64,000 nt of DNA from Fidelibacterota bacterium (lineage in GTDB: Bacteria > Fidelibacterota > UBA2242): NCBI GenBank assembly GCA_049975265.1, contig JBNGDF010000007.1:32001-96000 (forward strand), given 5' to 3'. Below are positions 1 through 9,512 of this stretch, one piece after another. The position numbers were made by a program, and so were the translations under genes. Under the pieces are notes generated by a model. It was not told the origin of the DNA and did not search any database. It worked only from the letters and a program-made list of their open reading frames with translations. The first letter of the stretch is position 1. The number at the start of each line of letters is the position of its first letter.

Positions 1-611
1 TTGGGCACTGCCTGCAGCGTCCCTTCCAGTATTGCGATGCCGGCGGCTTCCAGCGCCACTTTGACATCCTCAAAGACTGCCGGATCCATGCTCAATTCGT
101 AATATTCAGCCTCCTCGGTCAGGTCATCGGCACCGGCTTCGCTGGCGATCTGCAGCAGCTGATCTTCATCGGCACTGCTTTTGTCCACCGTAATGATCCC
201 GCGCTTCTCAAACATCCAGGCGACACTCCCGTTCGTCGCCAGGTTGCCGCCGGCGCGGCTCAGAAGATGCCGGATTTCCGAAACGGTACGGTTTTTATTG
301 TCGGTCAGGGCTTCCATAAAGATGGCTACGCCGCCGGGACCGTACGCCTCGTAGGTAACCTCTTCATAATTGACCCCCTCCAGTTCGCCGGTGCCCTTTT
401 TAATCGCCTTTTCCACATTGGTCAGAGGCATATTCGCGGCTTTGGCAGCCTGAATCGCCGAGCGCAGGCGGGGATTGGCAACCTCATCGCTGCCCCCCAG
501 CTTCGCCGCCACCTGAATTTCCCGGATTAATTTGGTAAAAATCTTTCCCCGCCGGGCGTCCTGTACACCCTTTTTACGTTTAATGGTGCTCCATTTTGAA
601 TGACCGGACAT
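1..611 (-). CDS. yebC: YebC/PmpR family protein (partial, runs off window start)
   Basis: Manual translation from ATG at 611 gives MSGHSKWSTIKRKKGVQDARRGKIFTK, the YebC N-terminus; YEAYGPGG and WMFE motifs follow. Not in the ORF track. Confidence 0.93.
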   Translation of the reverse strand, partial: MSGHSKWSTIKRKKGVQDARRGKIFTKLIREIQVAAKLGGSDEVANPRLRSAIQAAKAANMPLTNVEKAIKKGTGELEGVNYEEVTYEAYGPGGVAIFMEALTDNKNRTVSEIRHLLSRAGGNLATNGSVAWMFEKRGIITVDKSSADEDQLLQIASEAGADDLTEEAEYYELSMDPAVFEDVKVALEAAGIAILEGTLQAVP

Positions 612-627
612 AGTGACCTCAATCTTA

Positions 628-1119
628 TTATTGGGAATAAAACAGCAGACGCTCTTCCACCTTAATCGCCGTCCGGATGATCCAGGCATCCCGATAATGC
701 AATTCCAGCGCCTGTTTCAGCAGCTCTTCGGCGGACTGGCGGTTGACACAATTGCCGACCCGAATTTTGTAGTAGGGCGAATTGAACACTTTGACCACCT
801 CCTGATCGATAAAATCCTCGACCGCCTTCAGGTAAACGCTATCGGCTTCATAAAAATCCACCGTGGAAAAAAGCTGCACCTTCCAGCCCATTTTCTCTAC
901 CACCCGGGCGGAGTCGCGCATCTCCCGATCTGCCGGTGCAGGCTCTCTGATATCGGTAATAATCTCATATATCAGCGAGCCATCCAGAATCGGCAGCGAC
1001 GGTTCATAGAGGTTCAGCGGGTCAAAACTTTCATCCTGTTCCACCGCCCCTTCCTGTGCCAGCAGGGGCAACCAGAGGACAAGGAATATGATTTGGTAAA
1101 ATCGCTTGTTTATCATCAT
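628..1119 (-). CDS. SPOR-domain secreted protein
   Basis: Signal peptide; C-terminal GWKVQLFS...PYYKIRVG...YRDAWI is SPOR-like. Confidence 0.8.
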   Translation of the reverse strand: MMINKRFYQIIFLVLWLPLLAQEGAVEQDESFDPLNLYEPSLPILDGSLIYEIITDIREPAPADREMRDSARVVEKMGWKVQLFSTVDFYEADSVYLKAVEDFIDQEVVKVFNSPYYKIRVGNCVNRQSAEELLKQALELHYRDAWIIRTAIKVEERLLFYSQ

Positions 1120-1185
1120 CCTAATCAGCTGACCGAAATATACAAAATTATCTTCATTATTAAAAAGGTTGCAGGGACCCCGGAT

Positions 1186-1956
1186 TTAAATCGTTTCCAG
1201 GGTAATTGTCGGGAGCCAACCCTGTTTGCCATCAATCAATTCGATCTTGCGCCAGTCGCCGTCCTGATCCAGCAATTGGACTTTGGTTCCCTCGTGCACC
1301 ATAAACAGTTCCGTACTACCCTCCTGGGGTGCCGCAAGACATTTGACACTGCTCTTGGTAATGATACCGTAATGTTGCCGATAACTCATGTCATACCGTT
1401 GTACCAAAAAGAGCAGCGCCACCAGAGCCAGAATGAAGAACAGCCGCTGTCCCTGTCGGCAGAGCCGGCAGAGCCGCCGTTGAGTGAGCAGCTGACGCAG
1501 AGCGAACAGCAGGCTGCCCAGAAAGAACAGCAGACCCAGAAGCCAGGCCCAGAGTCGCAGCGACAGCGCCGTAACCAGCGCCCGGTTCCAGCGAAAAAAC
1601 AGAAACTCCGGTGGTTTTTCAATGCGGTCTCTGACCTGGAGATTCGCCAGACGCAGATTAAAGGCGATATTCCGGTCCTTGGGCTTCAATTTCTGTGCCC
1701 GTTCATAATTCAGAATCGCCCGGCCCAGGTGACCGAGTTTGTAGTAACTGTTCCCCAGATTGTAGTAGAGCTCGGCACTTTCCAGCTCGTTGCGCAAAAC
1801 CGTTTCGTACTCCTGAACAGCGCGCTCATAATCCTCCGCCAGATAATACTCATTCCCCTTTTCAAAATGATAATCAGCCGTCTGCTGAGCCGGAGCGGCG
1901 ATGGTCAAAAAGAACACGCACAGGATGAAATTACAGACTCGGGGACACGGCATCAT
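1186..1956 (-). CDS. batE: BatE-like TPR + SH3 protein
   Basis: TPR (YYNLGNSYYKLG..GRAILNYERA), two TM helices, C-terminal SH3-like HEGTKV...W..I.L.DGKQGWL; last gene of the Bat cluster. Confidence 0.85.
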   Translation of the reverse strand: MMPCPRVCNFILCVFFLTIAAPAQQTADYHFEKGNEYYLAEDYERAVQEYETVLRNELESAELYYNLGNSYYKLGHLGRAILNYERAQKLKPKDRNIAFNLRLANLQVRDRIEKPPEFLFFRWNRALVTALSLRLWAWLLGLLFFLGSLLFALRQLLTQRRLCRLCRQGQRLFFILALVALLFLVQRYDMSYRQHYGIITKSSVKCLAAPQEGSTELFMVHEGTKVQLLDQDGDWRKIELIDGKQGWLPTITLETI

Positions 1957-3801
1957 TCAGATTACCTTTCGAAGTTTTTGGAGAATTCCTGTTACCTGTT
2001 CGTAAAGCGCCCGGGCATCTTTTTGATTGAAACCTGACGGGAGAAAACGCAGTCGTTCCAATTCCTCCAGCAATCGCAGTGTCTCCGCCGTGATTTCGGA
2101 AACCACCTGATGATTTTCCAAAGCTGTTTTATAATCTCGCGGTCCGAGTCCCGAAGCCGCCAGACCCAGCCGATCCGCTATAAATCCGCCAAGTGCACGA
2201 CTCAGGTGACCGATTACGGCTTCCCTGTCATCATCATCCAACGCCCTGGCGGCGGACTGTAAATGCTCTTGTGCCCGGGGTAGTGCCCTGCGGCGCCGGG
2301 CATAAAGACTGTCGCCTGCCATCTTATCCAGCCGGCGGCGATAAGCAATGCTGCCGATAATGATACTCAGGGAGAGCAGGTTCAGCAACCAAAACCAAAC
2401 ATTCCCGAAAACCGTGCTGTCCGTCCGGCGCCAGCGTGGCGTCGCCCGCATAATAAAACGTATATCGCTGCCCAGCAGAGAAATCTCCTCTTTGTGAAAA
2501 CCGGCTCTGTCGGCAACCTGTCTCTGGTCCGGCGTTCGTACCTCCACCTCATAGCCACGGGCAGTGCTGACATGATAGCGTTCTCGCTCCGGGTCAAAAT
2601 AGCAAAAATTCAGAGTCGGTATGTGCAGACGACCACTGCTGCGCGGGATTAGGATATACTCGTAATGCACCGCACCGCGGATCGATTTACCCTGATTATT
2701 GATGACACGCTCAATCTGCGGTTCAAAGATTTCAACGCTGGCAGGCAGCTCCAGCGCCGGCAGTTTGACCGCATTGATATTGCCGCTGCCCCGGATTGTG
2801 TAGCGCAGCGTCAGCGCCTGATTCTGATAGGTCTCCAGCGTATCGATGCGGCTTTCGATGACAAAACTGCCGACCGCTCCGCTAAAATTTTGCGGTCGAC
2901 CGGCTTGGGGCAGCTCCTGCACCCGGATTTTCACCGGTTCCGACTGAACCGGCACCGTCACCGTACGCCCGAAGAAGGGATCGTTAAAAAAGGAATCATC
3001 GAAAAAGTCATCAAATACTGAGCGCCGCCGCTGACTCGGTGCCGGCATCTCACAGGTAATCTGCAGAGGATCGATCACCAGCTCTCCCGTGGTAGTAGGA
3101 AAAAGCGCCAGGCGCCGCAGGGTCGCCTTTTTATACGCAACGCCATCCAGAACCACGTTGCTGATCGGCGGATTGCGCTTCTCAGGAAACTGCTCCATCC
3201 AGAAACCTTTGGCATCGGGCAGCTTCTGCTGAGTGTAGCTTTTGGGACTGGTTTTAAAATAGAGATTAAACGCCACCAGCAGTTCTTCGCCTTTATAGAC
3301 AGTGGTCTTGCTGACATCGGCTACGAGAAACAGATCGCCCCGTTCTGCCGCGGGTTGCGTCCGGGTTTTTGCTTTTGGCTGTGAGCCGCCAGGGGACGGC
3401 GCCTTTTGAGCATTGCCGGGAGCCTCGTTCACGGTCACCTCGATTGGCTCGGTACGGTATGTTTTTCTTCCGACTTTGATTTTCACAGACGGAATCGTCA
3501 GCTGCCCGGCGCGGATCGGTACCATGCGCCACTGCACCGTTTTCGAGGATGATACCTGACCATTAATAATCTGAAAACTACTGGACTGGGAAGGACCGGA
3601 AATGATAACAAATCCATCACTCTGGGGCGGATTTACTTCGGGAAAATCCCGCATCCCTTCCATCCGAATCGTATAGGTAACAACATCATCAAGGTCGATA
3701 CGATTGTGATCCACCGTCGCATTAATGCTGATATCGTCTGCCAGGAGAATCCCCGTGAGCATCATTAAAACCAGCGGTATCGGGATCAATATCCTTCGCA
3801 T
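1957..3801 (-). CDS. batD: BatD family protein
   Basis: GPSQSSSFQIING, FSGAVGSF, G.GNI and YFDP motifs with a C-terminal TM; position in the Bat cluster. Confidence 0.88.
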   Translation of the reverse strand: MRRILIPIPLVLMMLTGILLADDISINATVDHNRIDLDDVVTYTIRMEGMRDFPEVNPPQSDGFVIISGPSQSSSFQIINGQVSSSKTVQWRMVPIRAGQLTIPSVKIKVGRKTYRTEPIEVTVNEAPGNAQKAPSPGGSQPKAKTRTQPAAERGDLFLVADVSKTTVYKGEELLVAFNLYFKTSPKSYTQQKLPDAKGFWMEQFPEKRNPPISNVVLDGVAYKKATLRRLALFPTTTGELVIDPLQITCEMPAPSQRRRSVFDDFFDDSFFNDPFFGRTVTVPVQSEPVKIRVQELPQAGRPQNFSGAVGSFVIESRIDTLETYQNQALTLRYTIRGSGNINAVKLPALELPASVEIFEPQIERVINNQGKSIRGAVHYEYILIPRSSGRLHIPTLNFCYFDPERERYHVSTARGYEVEVRTPDQRQVADRAGFHKEEISLLGSDIRFIMRATPRWRRTDSTVFGNVWFWLLNLLSLSIIIGSIAYRRRLDKMAGDSLYARRRRALPRAQEHLQSAARALDDDDREAVIGHLSRALGGFIADRLGLAASGLGPRDYKTALENHQVVSEITAETLRLLEELERLRFLPSGFNQKDARALYEQVTGILQKLRKVI

Positions 3802-3811
3802 CGCAATTAAT

Positions 3812-4492
3812 TTACCAATCTTTTTCCTTTTTTAAGCCGGAATATTTGGTTTTCATCCGTTCCTGCATCAATTTTTTCTCATCATCTTTCAGGGCATCCA
3901 GAACCTGAGCGGCTTCCTCCCGGCTCTTTTTCTCTTCACTCTGCTGGGGTTGCGGCGGCTGCTGGGCCTGGGAATCCCGCTCTGACTGTTCCTGTTGTTG
4001 CGGCTGTTCCGACTCTCCCGACTGGGGCTCTTCTTGCTGTTCGCCCTCCTCTTGTGCCTGATTCTGCTGAGACGGCGGAGGTTGCTCCTGCAGCATTTGA
4101 CGCACCAATTCAAAATTGTGCTTGGCGTCATAATCTTTCGGATTCAACTCCAATGCCCGTTTGTAAAATTGCAGGCTCTCCTCGAGTTTATTGGCTTTCA
4201 GAAAGGCATTCCCCATATTATAAAACACCGTCGCTTTGCGCCGCGGATCCGGGTCGGGAATCGCCCGCTCAAAAGCCTGTAAGGCTTCTTCATAACGTTC
4301 GGATTTATACAGTGCAGCGCCTCGTCCGAAGTGGGCTTCCTCCCAATCGGGATGCTGGCTGAGTATCTGTTCATAATGACGAATCGCCTGCTCGTACTCT
4401 CCGGCATCGAAGAGTCGCTGACCATCATCCTTCGCCTGGAGAGAACAGACCAGCGCAATCAGCATCAGACTTAGCAGAATTTCACTCTTCAT
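3812..4492 (-). CDS. batC: BatC-like TPR protein
   Basis: TPRs (YNMGNA...YKRALELNP.D.DAKHN), Q/E-rich linker and C-terminal EKDW. Confidence 0.85.
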   Translation of the reverse strand: MKSEILLSLMLIALVCSLQAKDDGQRLFDAGEYEQAIRHYEQILSQHPDWEEAHFGRGAALYKSERYEEALQAFERAIPDPDPRRKATVFYNMGNAFLKANKLEESLQFYKRALELNPKDYDAKHNFELVRQMLQEQPPPSQQNQAQEEGEQQEEPQSGESEQPQQQEQSERDSQAQQPPQPQQSEEKKSREEAAQVLDALKDDEKKLMQERMKTKYSGLKKEKDW

Positions 4493-5512
4493 TTATGCTG
4501 TCGTTCTCCTTTTGATCTTTTTTTCAGCCAGGAGCAGACTGATCAGCCAGATCAGAATGCCCGGGATTAAGACCAGCTGGTACCGTTCCTGATAGTCGCT
4601 GTATTCGTGGGAACGGATATCCTTCTGCTCCATTTGCATTATATCGGTATAAATTTTTGTAAAAATATCGGCGTCATATCCCAGACGGTAGTAACGTCCG
4701 CCGGTCTGACTGGCGATCTCCCGGAGGCTGCCCTCTGCCAGCGCCGTGGTCACGACCCGTTCGGCGCGGTCACGTTTAAATTCCATCTCGCCGGTTTTGG
4801 TATTGACCACAGGGATCGGTGCACCCGCCAGACTGCCGACACCTACAGAGTGGACAACCACACCCTCTTTTTTCAGACGTTCGATGACCGCTTTCAGACG
4901 ACCTTCATGATCCTCTCCGTCGGAAATGAGAATGATCGCCTTGTGCTTTTTCTCCGCTGAAGGAAAGGCTTCCAGGGCGGTCTCCAGCGCATCGGCAATG
5001 GCAGTGCCCTGGGTGCCTATGACACCGGTGTCAATCACATCCAAAAAGAGTTTTGCAGCGCTGTAATCCAAGGTCAACGGACACTGCAAATAGCTGATTC
5101 CGGCAAACGCCACCAAACCGATGCGGTCACCGCGCAGCTGATGAATAAACCTGCCCGCTTCGTACTTAGCCCGCAACAGCCGATTGGGTTTAACATCTTC
5201 CGCATTCATGCTGATAGAGGTGTCAAACGCGATGATAATGTCGACACCTTTGCGTTTGACCTCGGTCAGTTTCTGTCCGATTTGCGGTCCAATCAGAGCC
5301 AGACCGATCAGACAGAGCGCCAGGAGCTGCAGATTCTGTTTGCGGTGAATCCGGCTCAGACGAGTTTCCTCCAGGAGCCGAGTGTGCAACTTTGGTCCGG
5401 CAAATTCCCGCAACGCCCGTCGCTGCAGACGCCGGTAGCGCCACTGGATCAGAGCCAGCAGCGGAATGAAACCCAAAAACCAGATTAACCCGGGAAAAGC
5501 GAATTTAACCAT
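4493..5512 (-). CDS. batB: BatB-like VWA domain membrane protein
   Basis: MIDAS DTSISM, DRIGLVAFAG, CPLTLDY and LISDGEDH. Confidence 0.88.
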   Translation of the reverse strand: MVKFAFPGLIWFLGFIPLLALIQWRYRRLQRRALREFAGPKLHTRLLEETRLSRIHRKQNLQLLALCLIGLALIGPQIGQKLTEVKRKGVDIIIAFDTSISMNAEDVKPNRLLRAKYEAGRFIHQLRGDRIGLVAFAGISYLQCPLTLDYSAAKLFLDVIDTGVIGTQGTAIADALETALEAFPSAEKKHKAIILISDGEDHEGRLKAVIERLKKEGVVVHSVGVGSLAGAPIPVVNTKTGEMEFKRDRAERVVTTALAEGSLREIASQTGGRYYRLGYDADIFTKIYTDIMQMEQKDIRSHEYSDYQERYQLVLIPGILIWLISLLLAEKKIKRRTTA

Positions 5513-6504
5513 CAGGGCAGACGCCTCCAGATTCCCTGTTCCAGAATGATCGCCAAACCGATCAGAAGAAAGGCAGGCAGCAGAAAAACAGGATAGAGGT
5601 CACGGTACTGCAGATACTCCTTGACCCGGACTTCCGTTTTTTCCATACGGCTGATCTCTTCATAAATCGAAGCCAGATGAGTCTCGTCAGTCGCCCGGAA
5701 ATAGCGTCCGCCGGTATTTTGGGCGATACCCTGCAGAACGGCTTCATCAATCTCGACATCCACCAGCCGGTACTGGACCCGACCGCCGCCCATCTGGACC
5801 GGATAGGGCGCCTGACCCAGCTTACCGGCACCGATGGTATAAATTTTTATATCAAAAGCCTTTGCCATATCGGCTGCCGTCTCCGGATCCAGTTCCCCGG
5901 CATTGTTCCGACCATCAGACAGCAGAATGATGATCTTACTCTTGGCGGCACTCTCCCGTAACCGGTTGACACCGTTGGCGATCGCCATCCCGATTGCCGT
6001 ACCGTCGTATTTCTCTTCGATAATGTCGACCTGATCCAGCAGCTGCTTGAGAACGTCATAGTCGATGGTCAGCGGACATTGCAAAAAACTCTCTGCGGCA
6101 AAGACCACCAGACCGATCCGGTCCGACTGACGCCCTTCGATAAACTGACGGGCAACAGTCTTGGCAGCCTCCAGCCGATTCGGCTGAAAATCCACCGCCC
6201 GCATGGAGCTGGAAATATCCAGCACCAGCATAATATCAATCCCTTCCGTCTGGAATTCCTTTACACTTTCACCCTGCTGCGGCCTCGCCAATGCCAGAAT
6301 CAGCAGCGCCAATGCCAGCAGTCTCAATCCATAGAGCATCCCGGCTCTGCGGCTTGCCCGCTGCACCGGCAGGTCCCGGATACCGCGCAGTGAGGCATAA
6401 CGTAACGTGCCTTCCCGCCGGCGTCCGTAGCGTCGATACCAGAACCAGAGTCCCAGGATCAGTAAGAGTAAAAACAGATAACCCCAATCAGCAAAATAGA
6501 GCAC
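5512..6504 (-). CDS. batA: BatA-like VWA domain membrane protein
   Basis: LARPQ, EGIDIMLVLDISSSM, DGTAIG, LSDGRNN and TGGRYFRA. Confidence 0.9.
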   Translation of the reverse strand: MLYFADWGYLFLLLLILGLWFWYRRYGRRREGTLRYASLRGIRDLPVQRASRRAGMLYGLRLLALALLILALARPQQGESVKEFQTEGIDIMLVLDISSSMRAVDFQPNRLEAAKTVARQFIEGRQSDRIGLVVFAAESFLQCPLTIDYDVLKQLLDQVDIIEEKYDGTAIGMAIANGVNRLRESAAKSKIIILLSDGRNNAGELDPETAADMAKAFDIKIYTIGAGKLGQAPYPVQMGGGRVQYRLVDVEIDEAVLQGIAQNTGGRYFRATDETHLASIYEEISRMEKTEVRVKEYLQYRDLYPVFLLPAFLLIGLAIILEQGIWRRLP

Positions 6505-6525
6505 TCGAATCCCTATGTTTCGATC

Positions 6526-6665
6526 TTCAAAAATGGCGTTTTATCTAATGACCAAGCCGAAAAATTGTTTCCCGGCTGAACCGCAACGGATTGGCCACCC
6601 GTTTCGCCGCATTCCGCTTACCCTGTGGTATTCGGAATCAGGCGAGAATTTCAGAATTTTTTGAA
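6526..6665 (-). ncRNA. Candidate structured RNA in the tatA-batA intergenic region (unassigned family; strand inferred from flanking genes and G-U pairs)
   Basis: Nested inverted repeats: TTCAAAAA/TTTTTGAA ends, a long interrupted hairpin (TCGCC/GGCGA, ATTCCG/CGGAAT, TACC/GGTA), and a stem enclosing two small hairpins. Confidence 0.4.
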
Positions 6666-6674
6666 CCACCGCGC

Positions 6675-6899
6675 TTAGCCGGCTGGCTGATCCTTGCTGT
6701 TCTTCTTGCGGGGCGGCGTTTCATCTGTGGAAGAATTAGCCGCGTCCTCGATTTCGTCACTTATTTCGCGGGTCGCTTTTTTAAATTCCCGCAAACTTTT
6801 CCCCAGACTCTTGGCAAAATCCGGCAGACGCTTGGCTCCGAAGAGCAGCAGAAAGACCACCAGAATAAGGATGATTTCACCCGCACCAAGGCTACCCAT
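6675..6899 (-). CDS. tatA: Twin-arginine translocase TatA/TatE
   Basis: MGSLGAGEIILIL..LLLFGAKRLP..AKSLGKSLREFKKA; AAGGAG Shine-Dalgarno. Confidence 0.95.
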   Translation of the reverse strand: MGSLGAGEIILILVVFLLLFGAKRLPDFAKSLGKSLREFKKATREISDEIEDAANSSTDETPPRKKNSKDQPAG

Positions 6900-6925
6900 A
6901 ATGACTCCTTTATAGTTTTATTTGA

Positions 6926-7201
6926 TTAGCGCCAGAAACGCAGTACATAATAAGCCCCAATCAAGCCTAAAATACCGATTAAATTCAGGCTTATTGAAAA
7001 GCCGATGGTAATGGAAAACATTAACAGATCCAGGACCCCCGGACCGACATTCAAATTAACAGAACGCAAAAAAACCTCTTTCACCACCCCGTCGGGCAGT
7101 GCCAGTTTCAGGACTTCGCCGACCAGAGAACCCATCATAGCACCCAGAATCAGCACGCCGATTACCATGATCAATGAACGATTTTTAGTCACTCGATCCA
7201 T
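6926..7201 (-). CDS. Small membrane protein (DUF4321-like)
   Basis: 91 aa from ATG 7201: GAMMGSLVGE...LDLLMFSITIGFSISLNLIGILG; starts immediately after the purQ stop. Confidence 0.7.
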   Translation of the reverse strand: MDRVTKNRSLIMVIGVLILGAMMGSLVGEVLKLALPDGVVKEVFLRSVNLNVGPGVLDLLMFSITIGFSISLNLIGILGLIGAYYVLRFWR

Positions 7202-7202
7202 A

Positions 7203-7889
7203 TTAATTTCTCTCCAGCAATGATTGAAAAATTCCCAGCCCATCAACAGAGCCCAAAATTTCTTCCGCCGCACGCTCGGGATGGGGCATCATTCCCAGCA
7301 CATTTTTACCGTCATTATAAATTCCGGCGATATTCAGTTTGGAACCGTTGGGATTGGCTGCCGGTAACGCTTCTCCGTTACGATCACAATATTGAAAGGC
7401 GATGCGATCCTGGTCTTGCAGGCGTTTCAAAGTATCGTCATCGGCAAAATAGTTGCCGCTGTAATGGGCAATGGGCATGCGCAGGACCTGCCCTTTTGTG
7501 AGGCTCCGGACAAAGGGGCTCTCCTCGGTCGTCACCTTCAGATAGACATCCTGACAAAGGAAACGCATATTTGCGTTGGGAATGAGGGCACCCGGCAACA
7601 GCCCGCTCTCCAGCAAAATCTGGAATCCGTTGCAGATACCCAGCACCCGTCCGCCCGCTCTGACGTAGTCCATAATCGCCGGCATAATCGGTGCAAAACG
7701 CGCCACAGCTCCGGCACGCAGATAATCGCCATAACTGAATCCACCGGGCAGTATGATCACATCAAAAAGCCGCAGCGTCTGCTCCTTGTGCCAGATATAG
7801 AAAACCTCGGCACCCAGCACCCGCCTGACCACATGGTAGCTGTCGTGATCGCAGTTGGATCCCGGAAAAACAACGATCCCGAACTTCAT
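7203..7889 (-). CDS. purQ: Phosphoribosylformylglycinamidine synthase subunit PurQ
   Basis: FPGSNCD, PGGFSYGDYLR, GICNGFQIL and GMMPHPER. Confidence 0.97.
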   Translation of the reverse strand: MKFGIVVFPGSNCDHDSYHVVRRVLGAEVFYIWHKEQTLRLFDVIILPGGFSYGDYLRAGAVARFAPIMPAIMDYVRAGGRVLGICNGFQILLESGLLPGALIPNANMRFLCQDVYLKVTTEESPFVRSLTKGQVLRMPIAHYSGNYFADDDTLKRLQDQDRIAFQYCDRNGEALPAANPNGSKLNIAGIYNDGKNVLGMMPHPERAAEEILGSVDGLGIFQSLLERN

Positions 7890-8143
7890 ACGGAAACCTC
7901 ATGCAGCTCATAATGAAATTTTTGGATCACGGGATTGGACAGGACCTTTTCGCAAATCTCTTTGACCTGGGCATCCGCTTCCCCCTTCTGCAGTTGTCCG
8001 TCCAGAGTAAGTTCGAAGAAACGACCTGCTGTTAAATCTTCAATATGCGCATATCCCAGACTGCCCAGCGCGTGTTGAATGGTCTTCGCCTCCGGGTCCA
8101 GTATACCGGTCTTATAGGTCACAATAATGGTTGCCTTCCACAT
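7886..8143 (-). CDS. purS: FGAM synthase subunit PurS
   Basis: ILDPE..TI..AL..LG and LSNPVI motifs; overlaps the purQ start. Confidence 0.93.
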   Translation of the reverse strand: MWKATIIVTYKTGILDPEAKTIQHALGSLGYAHIEDLTAGRFFELTLDGQLQKGEADAQVKEICEKVLSNPVIQKFHYELHEVSV

Positions 8144-8877
8144 TAGAGTTTATCCTTTCTTCTGACAAAAAAATAGCCCCGCGGTTCCTCATAACCGACA
8201 ATCCAGTTCAGCAGATGGGTTGCGATATAGATGACCATTATCGGAAAAATGACATAGCCCTGGAACAGCAGGATCACTATTCCGGCAACCAGAATACCGC
8301 TGCTTCGTAATACACCCATGCGTCTGCGGTGAAAATCCAGATGAAAATTGGAACCGAAACGGATGTTGCTGACCATTAAGAAAGAAAGAACAATAACCAG
8401 CGGCAGCGCCACACGGGGATTACCGTAATGCCCGAAAACGGTCTTATTGAACCAGATAAAAGAGCCGATACAGCTGGCCATCGCCGGAACCGGCAAGCCG
8501 GTGAAATAGCGTTTTTTATAGGAGGTCGCTGTGATATTGAACCGAGCCAGGCGAATCCCGCCAAACAGCAGCGGAAAAAAACTGATTAGAGCGCCCAGGA
8601 AACCCAGATCGGCTACATAGAGCGAATACACCAGCAGGGTCGGTGTGACACAGAAGGAGACCAGATCGGCAAGCGAATCAAATTCGATTCCGAAATCCGA
8701 CTGCTGCTGCAGCCAGCGGGCAATCTGCCCGTCCAGCGTATCGAAGATCATCGCCGCCAGAATCAGCATAACCGCCGTGATGTAGCGCCCCTGCAAAATT
8801 TCCAGAATTGCCAGAAAACCGGCGAACATATTAAAAATCGTAAAAATATTCGGAATAAATGAACGTTTTAGTTTCAT
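8143..8877 (-). CDS. pssA: CDP-diacylglycerol--serine O-phosphatidyltransferase
   Basis: PNIFT, D.LDG.IAR....SDFGIEFDSLAD.VSF, RLARFN and FTGLP.P. Confidence 0.92.
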   Translation of the reverse strand: MKLKRSFIPNIFTIFNMFAGFLAILEILQGRYITAVMLILAAMIFDTLDGQIARWLQQQSDFGIEFDSLADLVSFCVTPTLLVYSLYVADLGFLGALISFFPLLFGGIRLARFNITATSYKKRYFTGLPVPAMASCIGSFIWFNKTVFGHYGNPRVALPLVIVLSFLMVSNIRFGSNFHLDFHRRRMGVLRSSGILVAGIVILLFQGYVIFPIMVIYIATHLLNWIVGYEEPRGYFFVRRKDKL

Positions 8878-9512
8878 TCGAACTCTCCAATCACCGTTTT
8901 ACCGGCTTTTACCCGGTCACCGATCCGGACCTGCAATTTTACCGTTTCAGGAAGGGTCATATCAACGCGTGAGCCAAATTTAATCATGCCAAAGCGCTCA
9001 CCCGCCTGTACCGACTGACCAACCTGTAAGCGACAAACAATTCGCCGGGCTAGCATGCCTGCCACCTGAGCAAATTTAAGGCGAGTCTGCTCATTTTCAA
9101 GGGTTATTTCCGTATTTTCATTCTCGAAGCTCGCCGCCGGCTGCATCGCCGGTCGAAAACGACCCGGTCGATGCGTTATTGCACGAACCGTTCCCGAAAG
9201 AGGAATGCGATTGACATGGACATCCAAAATAGACATAAAAATCGACACCCGTTTGGCGCGTCCGACAAAATCATCTTCCAACTCCCCGATCGCCACAACG
9301 CGACCATCGGCGGGACTGAGGATCAGGTGATCTCCGTCGGGAATCTGGCGTTCCGGATCCCGGAAAAACCAGAGTGCAAAAAGAAAAAACAGAAACACTG
9401 CCCAGAAGATAATCAGGATCCAGTTCTGCCGGGCTAAAATCTCCATCATCAGCAATCCAAACGCCAGCAAAAAGCTGACCACCAGAATCCTCATTCCATC
9501 CCGCGCCGGCAT
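8874..9512 (-). CDS. psd: Phosphatidylserine decarboxylase proenzyme
   Basis: FFRDPER, SPADG, IFMS..DVHVNR and the KFGSRVD self-cleavage site. Confidence 0.94.
   Translation of the reverse strand: MPARDGMRILVVSFLLAFGLLMMEILARQNWILIIFWAVFLFFLFALWFFRDPERQIPDGDHLILSPADGRVVAIGELEDDFVGRAKRVSIFMSILDVHVNRIPLSGTVRAITHRPGRFRPAMQPAASFENENTEITLENEQTRLKFAQVAGMLARRIVCRLQVGQSVQAGERFGMIKFGSRVDMTLPETVKLQVRIGDRVKAGKTVIGEFE

Noticed and set aside
613..2037. 474-aa plus-strand ORF
   Set aside because: Antisense shadow of the SPOR gene and batE; no recognisable motifs.
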